Assembly: GCA_963819095.1 (NCBI GenBank)
Contig: CAWFUO010000009.1
Location: forward strand, 16,699-80,698
From: Candidatus Dormiibacterota bacterium
GTDB lineage: Bacteria > Chloroflexota > Dormibacteria > Aeolococcales > Aeolococcaceae
DNA: 64,000 bases
Direction of reading: 5' to 3'
Shown here: piece after piece, positions 46,288 through 55,297 of the stretch
How the letters are laid out: each line of letters opens with the position of its first letter
Position numbering within the stretch: the first letter of the stretch is position 1
Position numbers and translations under genes: made by a program
Notes under the pieces: generated by a model
What the model was told of the DNA's origin: nothing
Seen by the model: the letters and a program-made list of their open reading frames with translations, nothing else
Database searches by the model: none

Positions 46288-46932
46288 TCAGACGATCAAG
46301 GCGCGCCGCAGCTCCTCAGGAAGGGCATCTCCTGCCGCGACAAGCTCAGGGATCCGCGCCTTCTCCGTTGTGAGGGCACGGAACATCATCGCGATGCTCA
46401 CGTCGTGGTCGGGGCGGTGGATGACGGTGATGGGATCGCCGCTGCTGACCGTGCCCGGGACGATCACCCGGAGGTAGGCTCCCGGCGCACCTCGTTCAGT
46501 GAAGCGCTTGACCCACGTCTGGTCCTCGAGCCAGCCCGCGAAGGTCCGGCAAGGGATTCGAGGGGACGTCACCTCGAGCACGCAGTCGTTGCCGACCTTC
46601 CAGCGCTCGCCGACCAGCGCACCGGTGACGTCGAGGCCGGCGGTGGTCAGGTTCTCGCCGAAGACTCCATTGGTGAGCTGCCGGCCCATCTGGGTCTGCC
46701 ACTCATCGAGGTCCTCGCGGGCAAAGGCGTACACCGCCTGGTCCGTTCCGCCATGGGAGCGTGCATCGCCGATGGCGTCGCCCGCGGCACCGCTCACGCC
46801 TAACCCTGGACCCGGATCGCGAAGCTCCACCGGCTCCGCGGATGGACGTTTGTCGATCCCGGTGATACCGCCGTCAGAGGCGTACCAGGCCACCCGTGCT
46901 CTGCCGAGGTTTACGGAGAGAAGCGTTGCCAT
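46288..46932 (-). CDS. MOSC domain-containing protein (YiiM-like)
   Basis: LLSVNLGR...GIDKRP...HGGTDQAVYAF...GENLTT.G.D...GERW.VG...LEVTSPRIPC is the MOSC pattern. Start ATG 46932. Confidence 0.8.
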   Translation of the reverse strand: MATLLSVNLGRARVAWYASDGGITGIDKRPSAEPVELRDPGPGLGVSGAAGDAIGDARSHGGTDQAVYAFAREDLDEWQTQMGRQLTNGVFGENLTTAGLDVTGALVGERWKVGNDCVLEVTSPRIPCRTFAGWLEDQTWVKRFTERGAPGAYLRVIVPGTVSSGDPITVIHRPDHDVSIAMMFRALTTEKARIPELVAAGDALPEELRRALIV

Positions 46933-47003
46933 TGGTCGCCAAGGATACCTGCCACCCAACTGACTGCTGAAAGCCTGCCCTCCGGCATACAGCGTGGTGA
47001 TAT

Positions 47004-47035
47004 GCTCTGAGCGTTGTGGATTCTGCTCTGAGCGT
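47004..47035. promoter_or_regulatory. direct duplication of the dyad GCTCTGAGCGT (47004..47014 and 47025..47035) straddling the XRE regulator start codon
   Basis: Read directly. Each copy contains GCTC-N-GAGC. The centres are 21 bp (two helical turns) apart. Confidence 0.45.
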
Positions 47036-47453
47036 AACCGCCGATGAGGTCCGCCGCGAGTTGGGCGGCATCCTCCGCGCGCACCGCGAGGGTCAGGGGC
47101 GCAGGCTTGGAGAGATCGCCGGCGAGGCCGGATGCTCGCCCGCCTACCTCTCAGAGGTCGAGCGCGGGCTCAAGGACGTGTCCGCTGACCTGCTCATCTC
47201 GATCACCTACGCACTCGCCCTTCCCATCGGTGCCGTCTACACCGACCTCGGGCGCCGGCTCGGCGCAGCGCCGCACGAGGGACCTGGCTGGCAAGCGGAC
47301 CCGCGTCGCCAGCTCAGAGCGGTCACGTCCGCGCTCGACGCCGCCTCACTGCGGACCGTCGCGCAGTTCGGCGCCTTCCTCCTCATGAACCAGGCAGAGC
47401 CGACCCGCCGCCGCATCGGCTTCGTTCCACCCACAGCGGAGGGCACGCGATGA
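47016..47453 (+). CDS. XRE-family HTH transcriptional regulator (ClgR-like position)
   Basis: HTH_3 pattern [45 protein letters not shown] overlap with clpP. Confidence 0.8.
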   Translation: MDSALSVTADEVRRELGGILRAHREGQGRRLGEIAGEAGCSPAYLSEVERGLKDVSADLLISITYALALPIGAVYTDLGRRLGAAPHEGPGWQADPRRQLRAVTSALDAASLRTVAQFGAFLLMNQAEPTRRRIGFVPPTAEGTR

Positions 47454-48112
47454 CCCTGATCCCGACCGTTGTCGAAAGCACGACACGCGGTGAGCGCTCA
47501 TACGACATCTACTCGCGGCTGCTGCGCGACCGGATCATCTTTGTCGGCGGTGTCATCGACGACGATCTCGCCAATCTGGTCACCGCTCAACTGCTGTTCC
47601 TCGAAGGCGAGGACGCCGAGCGTGATGTGCATCTCTACATCAACAGCCCGGGCGGCTCGATGACCGCGGCGCTGGCGATGTATGACGCGATGCAATACGT
47701 CCGCCCGCTCGTCGAGACGACGTGCCTCGGGATGGCTGCCAGCGGTGCGTCGTTGCTCCTCGCCGCCGGAGCGCCGGGAAGGCGGCTCGCGCTGCCCAAC
47801 TCGCTCGTCGTGATCCATCAACCGTGGGCGCAAGGCATGCAGGGTCAGGCAACCGACCTCGACGTGCACGCCCGCGAGATTCTCCGCCAACGAGCGCTCC
47901 TCATCGAGCTCTATCACCGGCACACCGGACGCGATTCCGAGCAGATCGGCCGCGACATCGAGCGTGACTACCACATGACCGCCGAGCAGGCGGTGGCGTA
48001 CGGCATGGTCGATCACATCATCGAGAAGCGACCGCCAATTGCGTCGCCCAACCATGGATTCGCGCACGCATTGGGCGTTTCTGCGAAGGGCAACGAACCC
48101 AGTCTCCCCTAA
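47450..48112 (+). CDS. clpP: ATP-dependent Clp protease proteolytic subunit
   Basis: [28 protein letters not shown], catalytic Ser ([14 protein letters not shown]), His (VVIHQP), Asp ([21 protein letters not shown]). Confidence 0.95.
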   Translation: MTLIPTVVESTTRGERSYDIYSRLLRDRIIFVGGVIDDDLANLVTAQLLFLEGEDAERDVHLYINSPGGSMTAALAMYDAMQYVRPLVETTCLGMAASGASLLLAAGAPGRRLALPNSLVVIHQPWAQGMQGQATDLDVHAREILRQRALLIELYHRHTGRDSEQIGRDIERDYHMTAEQAVAYGMVDHIIEKRPPIASPNHGFAHALGVSAKGNEPSLP

Positions 48113-48184
48113 GTTCGCTTATCCTCGTGCCCGGGAAGGAGGTTCAGCGGTCGAGGGCCGTGCCCATCTTCGCCTAGGGTTCGA

Positions 48185-49711
48185 ATGAAGCAGGAAGCCG
48201 ATCGGCGCATCACGGTCCTCATCGGCGTCTTCACCGTGCTGGCAGCGGGCATCGTGTTCTATCAGTTGTCCCGTCCTGGGTACCTGTTCGGCCTCACCTC
48301 TGACATCTCCTCCTGGCTCGGGTCGTCGGTCCGGCTCGTCCACGGCGCGCTCCCCTACCGCAACTTCGATCTCCTGCAGCCGCCGGGGTTTCCGCTGCTT
48401 GCGAGCCCATTCGCCTTCCTCTCGGAAGCGGTCGGCACGCGTGATGCGCTAGCGGTTCTGCGCCTCTGCACACCAGTGCTGTCCGCGGGGAGCGTGCTGC
48501 TCATCGGGAAGGTCGTCCGCCATCGCGGGCCGATCGCCGTGATCGTCGCGTGCGGCGTCATGGCGTTCTATCCCGCGGAGATGTACGCGCTCCGCAGCGG
48601 GCTGCTCGAGTCGGTGGTCGACTTCTTCTGTCTCGCGGGAGCAGCGCTCCTGTTCGAGGGCGATGCGATTTCGTTGTCGCGACGCCGCGTCATCCTGGGC
48701 GGCATCGCGTTCGGAGTTGCGCTGCTGGTCAAGGCGCCGGGCATTGTGCCGATCGTCGTGCTGGCGGTGCTGTGTACGTCAGACGCGCGGCGCAGGTTGC
48801 TCCCATTTCTCGGCGGTGTGGTCGCAGGGTTCGGCATACCAACGCTGCCGTTCTTCGTCCTCGCCCCCGGGTCCTTCATGCGCGACATCTTCACGGCCGC
48901 CTTGAACAGCTCGCCTGGGACGCATCGAGTGTCGATCCCAACCCGGCTCGGAGACATCACCGGAACGGCCGCATTGAATGGCGGCGCGTCGATGGCAATC
49001 ATCGCGACGATCGTGATCGTTGGGATCGTTGCCGCAGCTTTCCTGGTTCGCCCGCAACGGCCGCCCTCAACCCTGGAGTGGTACGCGATCGCTGCCGCGG
49101 TGCTGGCCGTGACCGCCCAGATCCTGCCGACCTATTACTACAGCAACTACGCGGCGTTTGTCGCGCCGTTTCTCGCACTTCTCCTGGGTCTCTCGATCGC
49201 GCGCCTCTTCGAGGGGCAGCTGAAACCGGTCGGGATCCTGGTTGCCGTGGTTGGCGTCGCGCTGCTCTTCACCCAGCAAACGATCGCGACTCATAACCTC
49301 ACAACGCGCGACATCGCCGGGGTCGTGGATGCAGAGATTCCGGCGGGAGCATGCGTGCTTTCGGACGCGCCGGTAGAGCTGGTGACGACCAATCGGTTCG
49401 TTTCCGCAACGCCTGGTTGCAACGACATGATCGACCCGGAGGGAGCGACGCTCTCATACGGATTCGGGTCTGCCGGTGCCGAGGACCTGTGGCTCCTCAT
49501 GCTCGAACATGCCAACTACATCGTCACAACCACGCCGTTCCAGCACTGGTACATCCCACCGGATGCACAGCTGCGCGAATACGTGACGGTGAACTTCCAA
49601 CTCCACATCGTCAGCAAGATGCTGTTCTACGTTCGCCACGGCTTCCCATATGGCAGCACCCCGAGCCTGACCGTGGCGGCCGAGCGATCTAACCGGCTGC
49701 GACCGCCGTGA
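48185..49711 (+). CDS. GT-C membrane glycosyltransferase (DUF2029/GT87- or PMT_2-like)
   Basis: GALPYRNFDLLQPPGFPLL loop motif after the first TM helix. About 11-12 helices and a soluble C-terminal domain. Confidence 0.6.
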   Translation: MKQEADRRITVLIGVFTVLAAGIVFYQLSRPGYLFGLTSDISSWLGSSVRLVHGALPYRNFDLLQPPGFPLLASPFAFLSEAVGTRDALAVLRLCTPVLSAGSVLLIGKVVRHRGPIAVIVACGVMAFYPAEMYALRSGLLESVVDFFCLAGAALLFEGDAISLSRRRVILGGIAFGVALLVKAPGIVPIVVLAVLCTSDARRRLLPFLGGVVAGFGIPTLPFFVLAPGSFMRDIFTAALNSSPGTHRVSIPTRLGDITGTAALNGGASMAIIATIVIVGIVAAAFLVRPQRPPSTLEWYAIAAAVLAVTAQILPTYYYSNYAAFVAPFLALLLGLSIARLFEGQLKPVGILVAVVGVALLFTQQTIATHNLTTRDIAGVVDAEIPAGACVLSDAPVELVTTNRFVSATPGCNDMIDPEGATLSYGFGSAGAEDLWLLMLEHANYIVTTTPFQHWYIPPDAQLREYVTVNFQLHIVSKMLFYVRHGFPYGSTPSLTVAAERSNRLRPP

Positions 49712-50171
49712 CCACCGTCGGCTCGGCGCGCACGGCAAAGTTGACCGAGTTGGCGACGTAGCACAGGTCGTGCGCGCGCTCGTGCAGCGCGATGGCGCGA
49801 TCCATCTTCTCGGGCGTGGTGATGGTGACATGCGGATGCAGGGTCACCTCCTCGAAATGACCACCTCCATCCGGCGTCTCCACCAGGGTACCCGACGGAT
49901 GATCGACGTACTCCGTGATGATGATGCCCTCCTTTGCGCAGAGCACGAGATACCAGAGCATGTGGCACTGCGAAAGCGAGGCGACGAGCAACTCCTCGGG
50001 GCTCCAGCGGTCGAGCGCTCCACGGAAGGCCGGATCCGCGCTTCCCGGAATGCTCGGCTTGCCATCGAGGGTGATGTCGTGCGACCGCTCAAACGCCTGG
50101 TATCCGCTTGTCCCGGTGCCAGTGTTTCCGGTCCACGTCACGGTCAGCTCGTAGGTATGAGTCTTCGCCAT
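49689..50171 (-). CDS. OsmC-family peroxiredoxin-like protein
   Basis: ELTVTWTGNTGTGTSGY...PEELLVASLSQCHMLWYLVLCA...HPHVTIT. GGAGG 9 nt upstream of the ATG. Its 3' end overlaps the convergent gene by 23 nt. Confidence 0.85.
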   Translation of the reverse strand: MAKTHTYELTVTWTGNTGTGTSGYQAFERSHDITLDGKPSIPGSADPAFRGALDRWSPEELLVASLSQCHMLWYLVLCAKEGIIITEYVDHPSGTLVETPDGGGHFEEVTLHPHVTITTPEKMDRAIALHERAHDLCYVANSVNFAVRAEPTVVTAVAAG

Positions 50172-50230
50172 CTCAACAATCCTCCATCCCTATTCTCACG
50201 CCGGCGCACCGCGCGCGGCGCTCCCAGCGC

Positions 50231-51547
50231 CTACTCGTCGGAATCGACGAAGTACGTCTCACACGCCAGTTCGAGCAACTCGGCGTTGAGCTCGACCGGC
50301 CTGCCGAGGTAGAGCGCGGAATGGATCACGTGATTGAGCAGGTCGCGAGGATGGGTGCCGTGGAGCGGACGCCCCTTGGCGGTGTAGTGCGTCTCGAGCA
50401 GCTTGTCGACGAGCCCCTCATCCATGCGCAGATTGTTGTCGACGCAGTTGCGCCGCCAGATCTCCTTGTATTCGTCGACCGTCGGGTCCGGCACGTGCAC
50501 TTTGAAGCGCACACGGCGCAGGAAGGCTTCGTCCATGAGGTTCTGCGGCCGGAGGTTGGTCGAGAGCATGAGCATGCAGGTGAACGGGACCGGGATACTC
50601 GACCCGGCACGCGGGATGTTGAGGTAGTCGACCTTCTTCTCGAGCGGCACGATCAGCCTGTTGAGCAGGTCGCGGGGCGACATGTTCTGCTGGCGGCCGA
50701 AGTCGTCGATCAGAAAGAGGCCGCCATTGGCCTTGAGCTGCATCGACGCCTCGTAGAACCCGAGGGTGTGATCGAAGCCGAGCTCGAGCATGCGCGGGGT
50801 CAGCTCACCGCCGACCTTGACCGCGGGCCGCTTGGCGAGCTGCCAGCGACGGTCGTGGGGCGGCAGCTCGCGATCGATGGGTTCGTGGTGGATCGGGTCG
50901 TAAAAGCGGATGACCTCGCCGTGGACATAGAGCGCCCGCGGGATGAACATCGGCGCGCCCAGCAGCGACGCCGCCGCCTCGGCGATGGTCGTCTTGCCGT
51001 TGCCGGGAGGCCCATAGAGGAAGACCGCCTGACGCGCGCTCAGGGCGGGTCCCAGGTGATCGAGGACGACCTCCGAAAGCACCAGGTGGCTGAAGGCGTC
51101 GTGGAGCCGGGCGCGGTTGACCTGCCCGTCGACATGGGACTGGCGCTCGGCCATCGCCGTGTAGTCGGCGATCGGCACCGGGGCGGGTCCGGCGTACTGG
51201 TTGATCTCGAGGAGCTCGCGGGCACGCTGCCGGCCGGTGGTCGAGATCATGTGCTGCATGCCGGCGTTGATCGGCTCCCCCGGATCGAGGGCGGCGGTAT
51301 GGACACCGGTCGAGACGCAGTAGCCCTCGTCGGCGAGGAAGCGCGACGTCGTGTCGATGAATGAGAAGGGCAGGCACAGGTGGTTCGCGATGTCGCGACC
51401 CAGCATGCTGCCGTTGAAATAGAGCACCTTGAGGACGAGGTCGCAGACAAAGCTGAACGGCAGACCGGTCTCCTCGGCGGTCCTCGGAGCGGGAGGCAGC
51501 GCGATCGGACTGGAGGCGGGCGCGGTCACAGGCGCAATCACTGCCAT
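50231..51547 (-). CDS. AAA+ ATPase with N-terminal wHTH-like domain, function unknown
   Basis: Walker A LYGPPGNGKTT, Walker B GLFLIDDFGRQ (about 95 residues after Walker A), LLNRLIVPLEKKVDYLNIPRAGSSIPVPFTCMLMLSTN (sensor region), EAFLRRVRFKV. Confidence 0.75.
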   Translation of the reverse strand: MAVIAPVTAPASSPIALPPAPRTAEETGLPFSFVCDLVLKVLYFNGSMLGRDIANHLCLPFSFIDTTSRFLADEGYCVSTGVHTAALDPGEPINAGMQHMISTTGRQRARELLEINQYAGPAPVPIADYTAMAERQSHVDGQVNRARLHDAFSHLVLSEVVLDHLGPALSARQAVFLYGPPGNGKTTIAEAAASLLGAPMFIPRALYVHGEVIRFYDPIHHEPIDRELPPHDRRWQLAKRPAVKVGGELTPRMLELGFDHTLGFYEASMQLKANGGLFLIDDFGRQQNMSPRDLLNRLIVPLEKKVDYLNIPRAGSSIPVPFTCMLMLSTNLRPQNLMDEAFLRRVRFKVHVPDPTVDEYKEIWRRNCVDNNLRMDEGLVDKLLETHYTAKGRPLHGTHPRDLLNHVIHSALYLGRPVELNAELLELACETYFVDSDE

Positions 51548-51645
51548 CGGCGTCCGATTGTGTCATGGGCCGGTTTGACGTTCCGGCACGCGTGACGGAT
51601 TGTCATACGACCGTTCCAGCGACCCTGCTGCTACGGTTGGCGGAC

Positions 51646-51798
51646 ATGGCGGTACCGTTGGACGAAGGTCCCCCGAACCGGCGCCGGGTGGGGCCGTTCT
51701 GGATCGAGGAAGGCCCGGGCGCTCTCCTGGCCGCGGCCGCCATCGTCGCCCTGTATGCCGCCCTCTTCATCCTCGCTGTCGCGATGCGCCCCGCGTAA
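51646..51798 (+). CDS. small single-TM protein (hypothetical)
   Basis: 50 aa from the internal ATG. Third codon positions are strongly G/C-biased. C-terminal helix ALLAAAAIVALYAALFILAVA. Confidence 0.4.
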   Translation: MAVPLDEGPPNRRRVGPFWIEEGPGALLAAAAIVALYAALFILAVAMRPA

Positions 51799-51906
51799 CC
51801 CGGCCAGCACCGTGACGTTTCACCCTGGAACGCGACAGCACTGCCGGCGCGCCATAGCGTTGCCAGGTCAGGAGACCATCTCGCCAATGCATTCGACGGT
51901 CCCGGT

Positions 51907-54431
51907 GTGAGCATCGACCAGAGCCCGGAAGCCCGGCGCCGCCGGGCGGGCCTGCCGAACGGCTCCCGCACCCCGCTGCGCGCCAACGGGTCGAACAATC
52001 CCGGCGTCGGGGCCGCCCAGGCAGCCGCTCGTGCCGAGCTCCGCCGCCGGCGCGCCAGCGCCTACCGGCACCTTCGCACTCCGCGCAAACGGGGACGCGT
52101 CCTCCGGATCGTCCTGATCGCGATCACCATCATCGCCGCCATCGGCGCGGGCACCGTCGGTGCCGTGTTCGCCGGCTACAACGCGTACAAGGGCCAGCTC
52201 CCCGACGCGGCGACGATCACCAACATGGAGCCGGAGATCGACACCGACGTGTATGACAACGCGGGCGGTCTGATCCATGTCTTCCACAACGAGAGCTATC
52301 GCCACATCCACGTCGACCTGACCGCGATCTCCCCCTACTTCAAAGAAGCGATCGTCGCCATCGAGGATCACAACTTCTACACCGAAGGGTCGTGGGACCT
52401 CGCCCGTCTCGTGGAGTCGGGCATCGCCGACGTCACCCATCGCGGAGCCGCCCTCCAGGGCGGATCGACGATCACCGAGCAGCTCGCCAAGATCAGCCTC
52501 TACGGCGGCGCCGATCCACCCCAGAGCATCGACTACAAGATCAAGGAGATCGTGCTCGGCAACGAGATCGCGCTCAACTTCACCAAGAACGAGATCCTCG
52601 ACATGTACGTCAACCGGATCTTCTACGGCAACTTCGCCGTCGGTGTCGGGAGTGCGGCGGAGCTGTATTTTCTCAAGCCGGCCAGCCAGCTCGACATCGC
52701 CCAGGCGGCCATGCTCGCCGGCCTTCCGCAGTCACCGACCGCATACAACCCGCTGATCCACAGCGCCCATGACGCCATCAACCCGCTCGCGAAATCACGC
52801 CAGAAAGCGGTGCTCCAGGCCATGGCGGCGAACGGCTACATCACCCAGGCGCAGGCGCTTGCCGCGTACAACGAGAAGCTCACCGTCCATTCCTGGACCG
52901 AGTCCAACCCCAACGACGACCTCTCCTTCATCGACTTCCTCCAGAAGTATCTGAACGCGAACTTCCCGCAATACGCCAGCCCCGGTGGCTATGAGATCCA
53001 CACAACCATCGACCAGGCGAAGCAGAACCTCGCGCAAAGCACCGTCACCAACGTGGTGCGCAACGAGCGCGTCAAGGAGAACATGGGTGACGGTGCGCTG
53101 GTGAGCCTGGATCCGCAGAACGGGGAGGTGCTCGCCATGGTCGGCTCCTGGAACTACGCCGACCCCTACTACGGCCAGGACAACGAGGCGGCCGATATCC
53201 AGCTGAACATGGGATCGACCACCAAACTCTTCACGTACACGGCAGCGATCGCGTCGACAAAGTTCACGATGACCACGCCGATCCTGGATAACACGTCCAG
53301 CTTCCCGATCCCTCAGGCCCCGTCGTATAAACCGTTCGACGATGACCGCCGCACCCATGGTGTCTGCACGCTGGAGATGTGCCTCGGGAACTCGTTCAAC
53401 ATCCCCGCGGTGAAGACTGAATATGCGACCGGCACGCAGTACATCGCCAACACCGAGCTGGCAATGGGCGTGAAGTCGCTCAACCAGAACTGCGGACCCG
53501 ACAATCAGTACGTCAACTGGCCACAACCGGACCAGTGGGCGGCGACGCTCGGATCGCTCACCTGCGGCATCACGCTGCTGGATCTGGCCGATGGAGCGGC
53601 AACGCTCGGCGACCTCGGGGTGCAGCACAACCCCATGCCGGTGACCAGCATCGTGGCTCAGCAAACCGGGCAGACCATCTGGACATACAACGCGGCAGCA
53701 GCGGGGCGTCAGGTGATCCCGGCGAACGTCGCCTACATCATGGATGAGATCACCAGCAACGACAACAACCGCATCCGCGAGTTCGGGCGCAACGGCTATC
53801 TCACCCTGAACCCACGCCGGGTGAGTGCCAAGACCGGCACCGCCGACTTCTTCATGGACAACCTCACCGTCGGCTGGACCCCGAACCTGCTGACAGCCGT
53901 CTGGGTTGGGAACCCGCAGCGAAGCTGCCTTCAGAACAAGGACAAGAACTTCATGACGGCCCAGATCAGGAAGGACAACGTGATTGAAGCCGGTGAGGTG
54001 GACAACACGTATCCGTTCAGCCCGCGGGACCTGGCGCATTACGGCCTCAAGCCGCTCCACCCCGACACTCCCGACTGCGGCCACCTCGACGGCGTCGTCT
54101 CCGGGTACAGCGGCGCCGCCCCGATCTGGCATGCGTACATGTCGGCAGCCCTCAAGGGCGTCCCCGACACCTGGTACAAGCAGCCCGCCGACGTGATCAC
54201 CATGGGCGGCGGCAGCGGCGATGACGCCAACTTCTACCTCCCGGGCACCCAACCCGGCGCGAACAAGAACTGCACGTACTACAACCAAACTCCGCAACCC
54301 ACAGAGACCTGCACCTATGCCGGGCCAGCCCAGGCGCCGCCACCGTCACGAGTCCGAGCCCCAATCCGAACCCAAGCCCCAGTCCATCGCCGGGAGGCGG
54401 CCCTCCGCCCACTCCGACGCCGACGCACTAG
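51907..54431 (+). CDS. class A penicillin-binding protein (GT51 transglycosylase plus transpeptidase); Pro/Ser-rich tail reached through an apparent -1 frameshift near 54340
   Basis: GT51: AIEDHNFY, GGSTITEQLAK, KIKEIVL. Transpeptidase: STTKLF (SxxK), SFN, KTGT. After ...AQAPP the annotated frame becomes Arg-rich and overlaps the convergent gene. The -1 frame reads TVTSPSPNPNPSPSPSPGGGPPPTPTPTH and stops at 54431. Confidence 0.9.
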
Positions 54432-54439
54432 CCGGCTCG

Positions 54440-55260
54440 CTACGGTCCGGCTCGGTGCTGGCGGGCGAGCTCCCAGACCGCGTCGAGGTCGTCGAGAACC
54501 GGGAGCGCGGCATCGGCTTCCATCGAGGAATCGGAGTTGTCATCGCCCATAAGCGGCGCGAACGAGGCGTGCACGTGGCAGACCACCACGTTGTGACGCG
54601 CGGGGCGTCCCTCCACCTCGTCCAGGCCGAGGAGCGACCACCAGTAGTCGAGGGTGACGTCGGACGCCGCGGAGAGCACGGCGGAGTGCGACAGCAGCGG
54701 GAGTTCCGGAGTTCCAGGCTCTCCACCACTGAACGCCCGAAGCAGCCGGGCGAAACCTTCCTCGTCGATCTCCGCGTCCACCACGATCCGGCCCGAGCCG
54801 TCGGGGGTCTCCTGGTCGATGACCGCATCGACAACGGCAACTTCGTCGAGCCGATGCCCGAACATCCGGAGATCGAACAGCTCCGGGGTGACGCGCAGCT
54901 CACCGAAACCTTCGCCGGCGATCGAGTAACGGGGAACCCCGCTCGACAGGGCGATCCGGATGACGAGCGTCTCCGCGCTCGTGGCGCCGGCGGTGAGCCG
55001 TGCCCGGGCGACCTGCCCCCGAGCACGGCAAGGTCGGCATCGAAGGTGCGCTGATCGATGCGTGCGGGCTCGGTTGCTGCCTCCTCCACCACGATCGACG
55101 TCCGCTCCTCGAAGTGAATACCGACGCGCAGCCCGTAGGACGTGTCGAGCCGATCGAGCAGGCAACGATAGAGGGCACCGAGGGTCAACGTCGGCTGGAT
55201 GGTCGCGGCGCCGAGGGCCGGTGGCACCGCGAGACCATAGCCCAAAAGCGCCACACCCAC
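54440..55260 (-). pseudogene. hypothetical acidic protein split by a 1-nt indel in a C5/G5 run (55016..55020)
   Basis: The N-terminal part (ORF ending at 55260: GVALLGYG...RTFDADLAVLGG) and the C-terminal part (ORF 54440..: QVARARLTAG...DDLDAVWELARQHRAGP) both look coding. They join exactly if the G5 run on the minus strand were G6. Confidence 0.5.
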
Positions 55261-55297
55261 GAGGGGTGCTGCCCGGTTCGATCGGTAGACTGACCAG

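Noticed and set aside
47450-48112. ClpP as a prophage head-maturation or defence-associated protease, because of its coupling to an XRE regulator.
   Set aside because: The sequence is a full canonical housekeeping ClpP (N-terminal [11 protein letters not shown], Ser-His-Asp triad in standard context). No phage genes are nearby.
54221-55054. The plus-strand 277-aa ORF overlapping the PBP tail and the convergent hypothetical gene.
   Set aside because: It is Arg/Pro-rich. It lies in the third frame relative to both the PBP body and the Pro/Ser tail, and antisense to a better coding signal.
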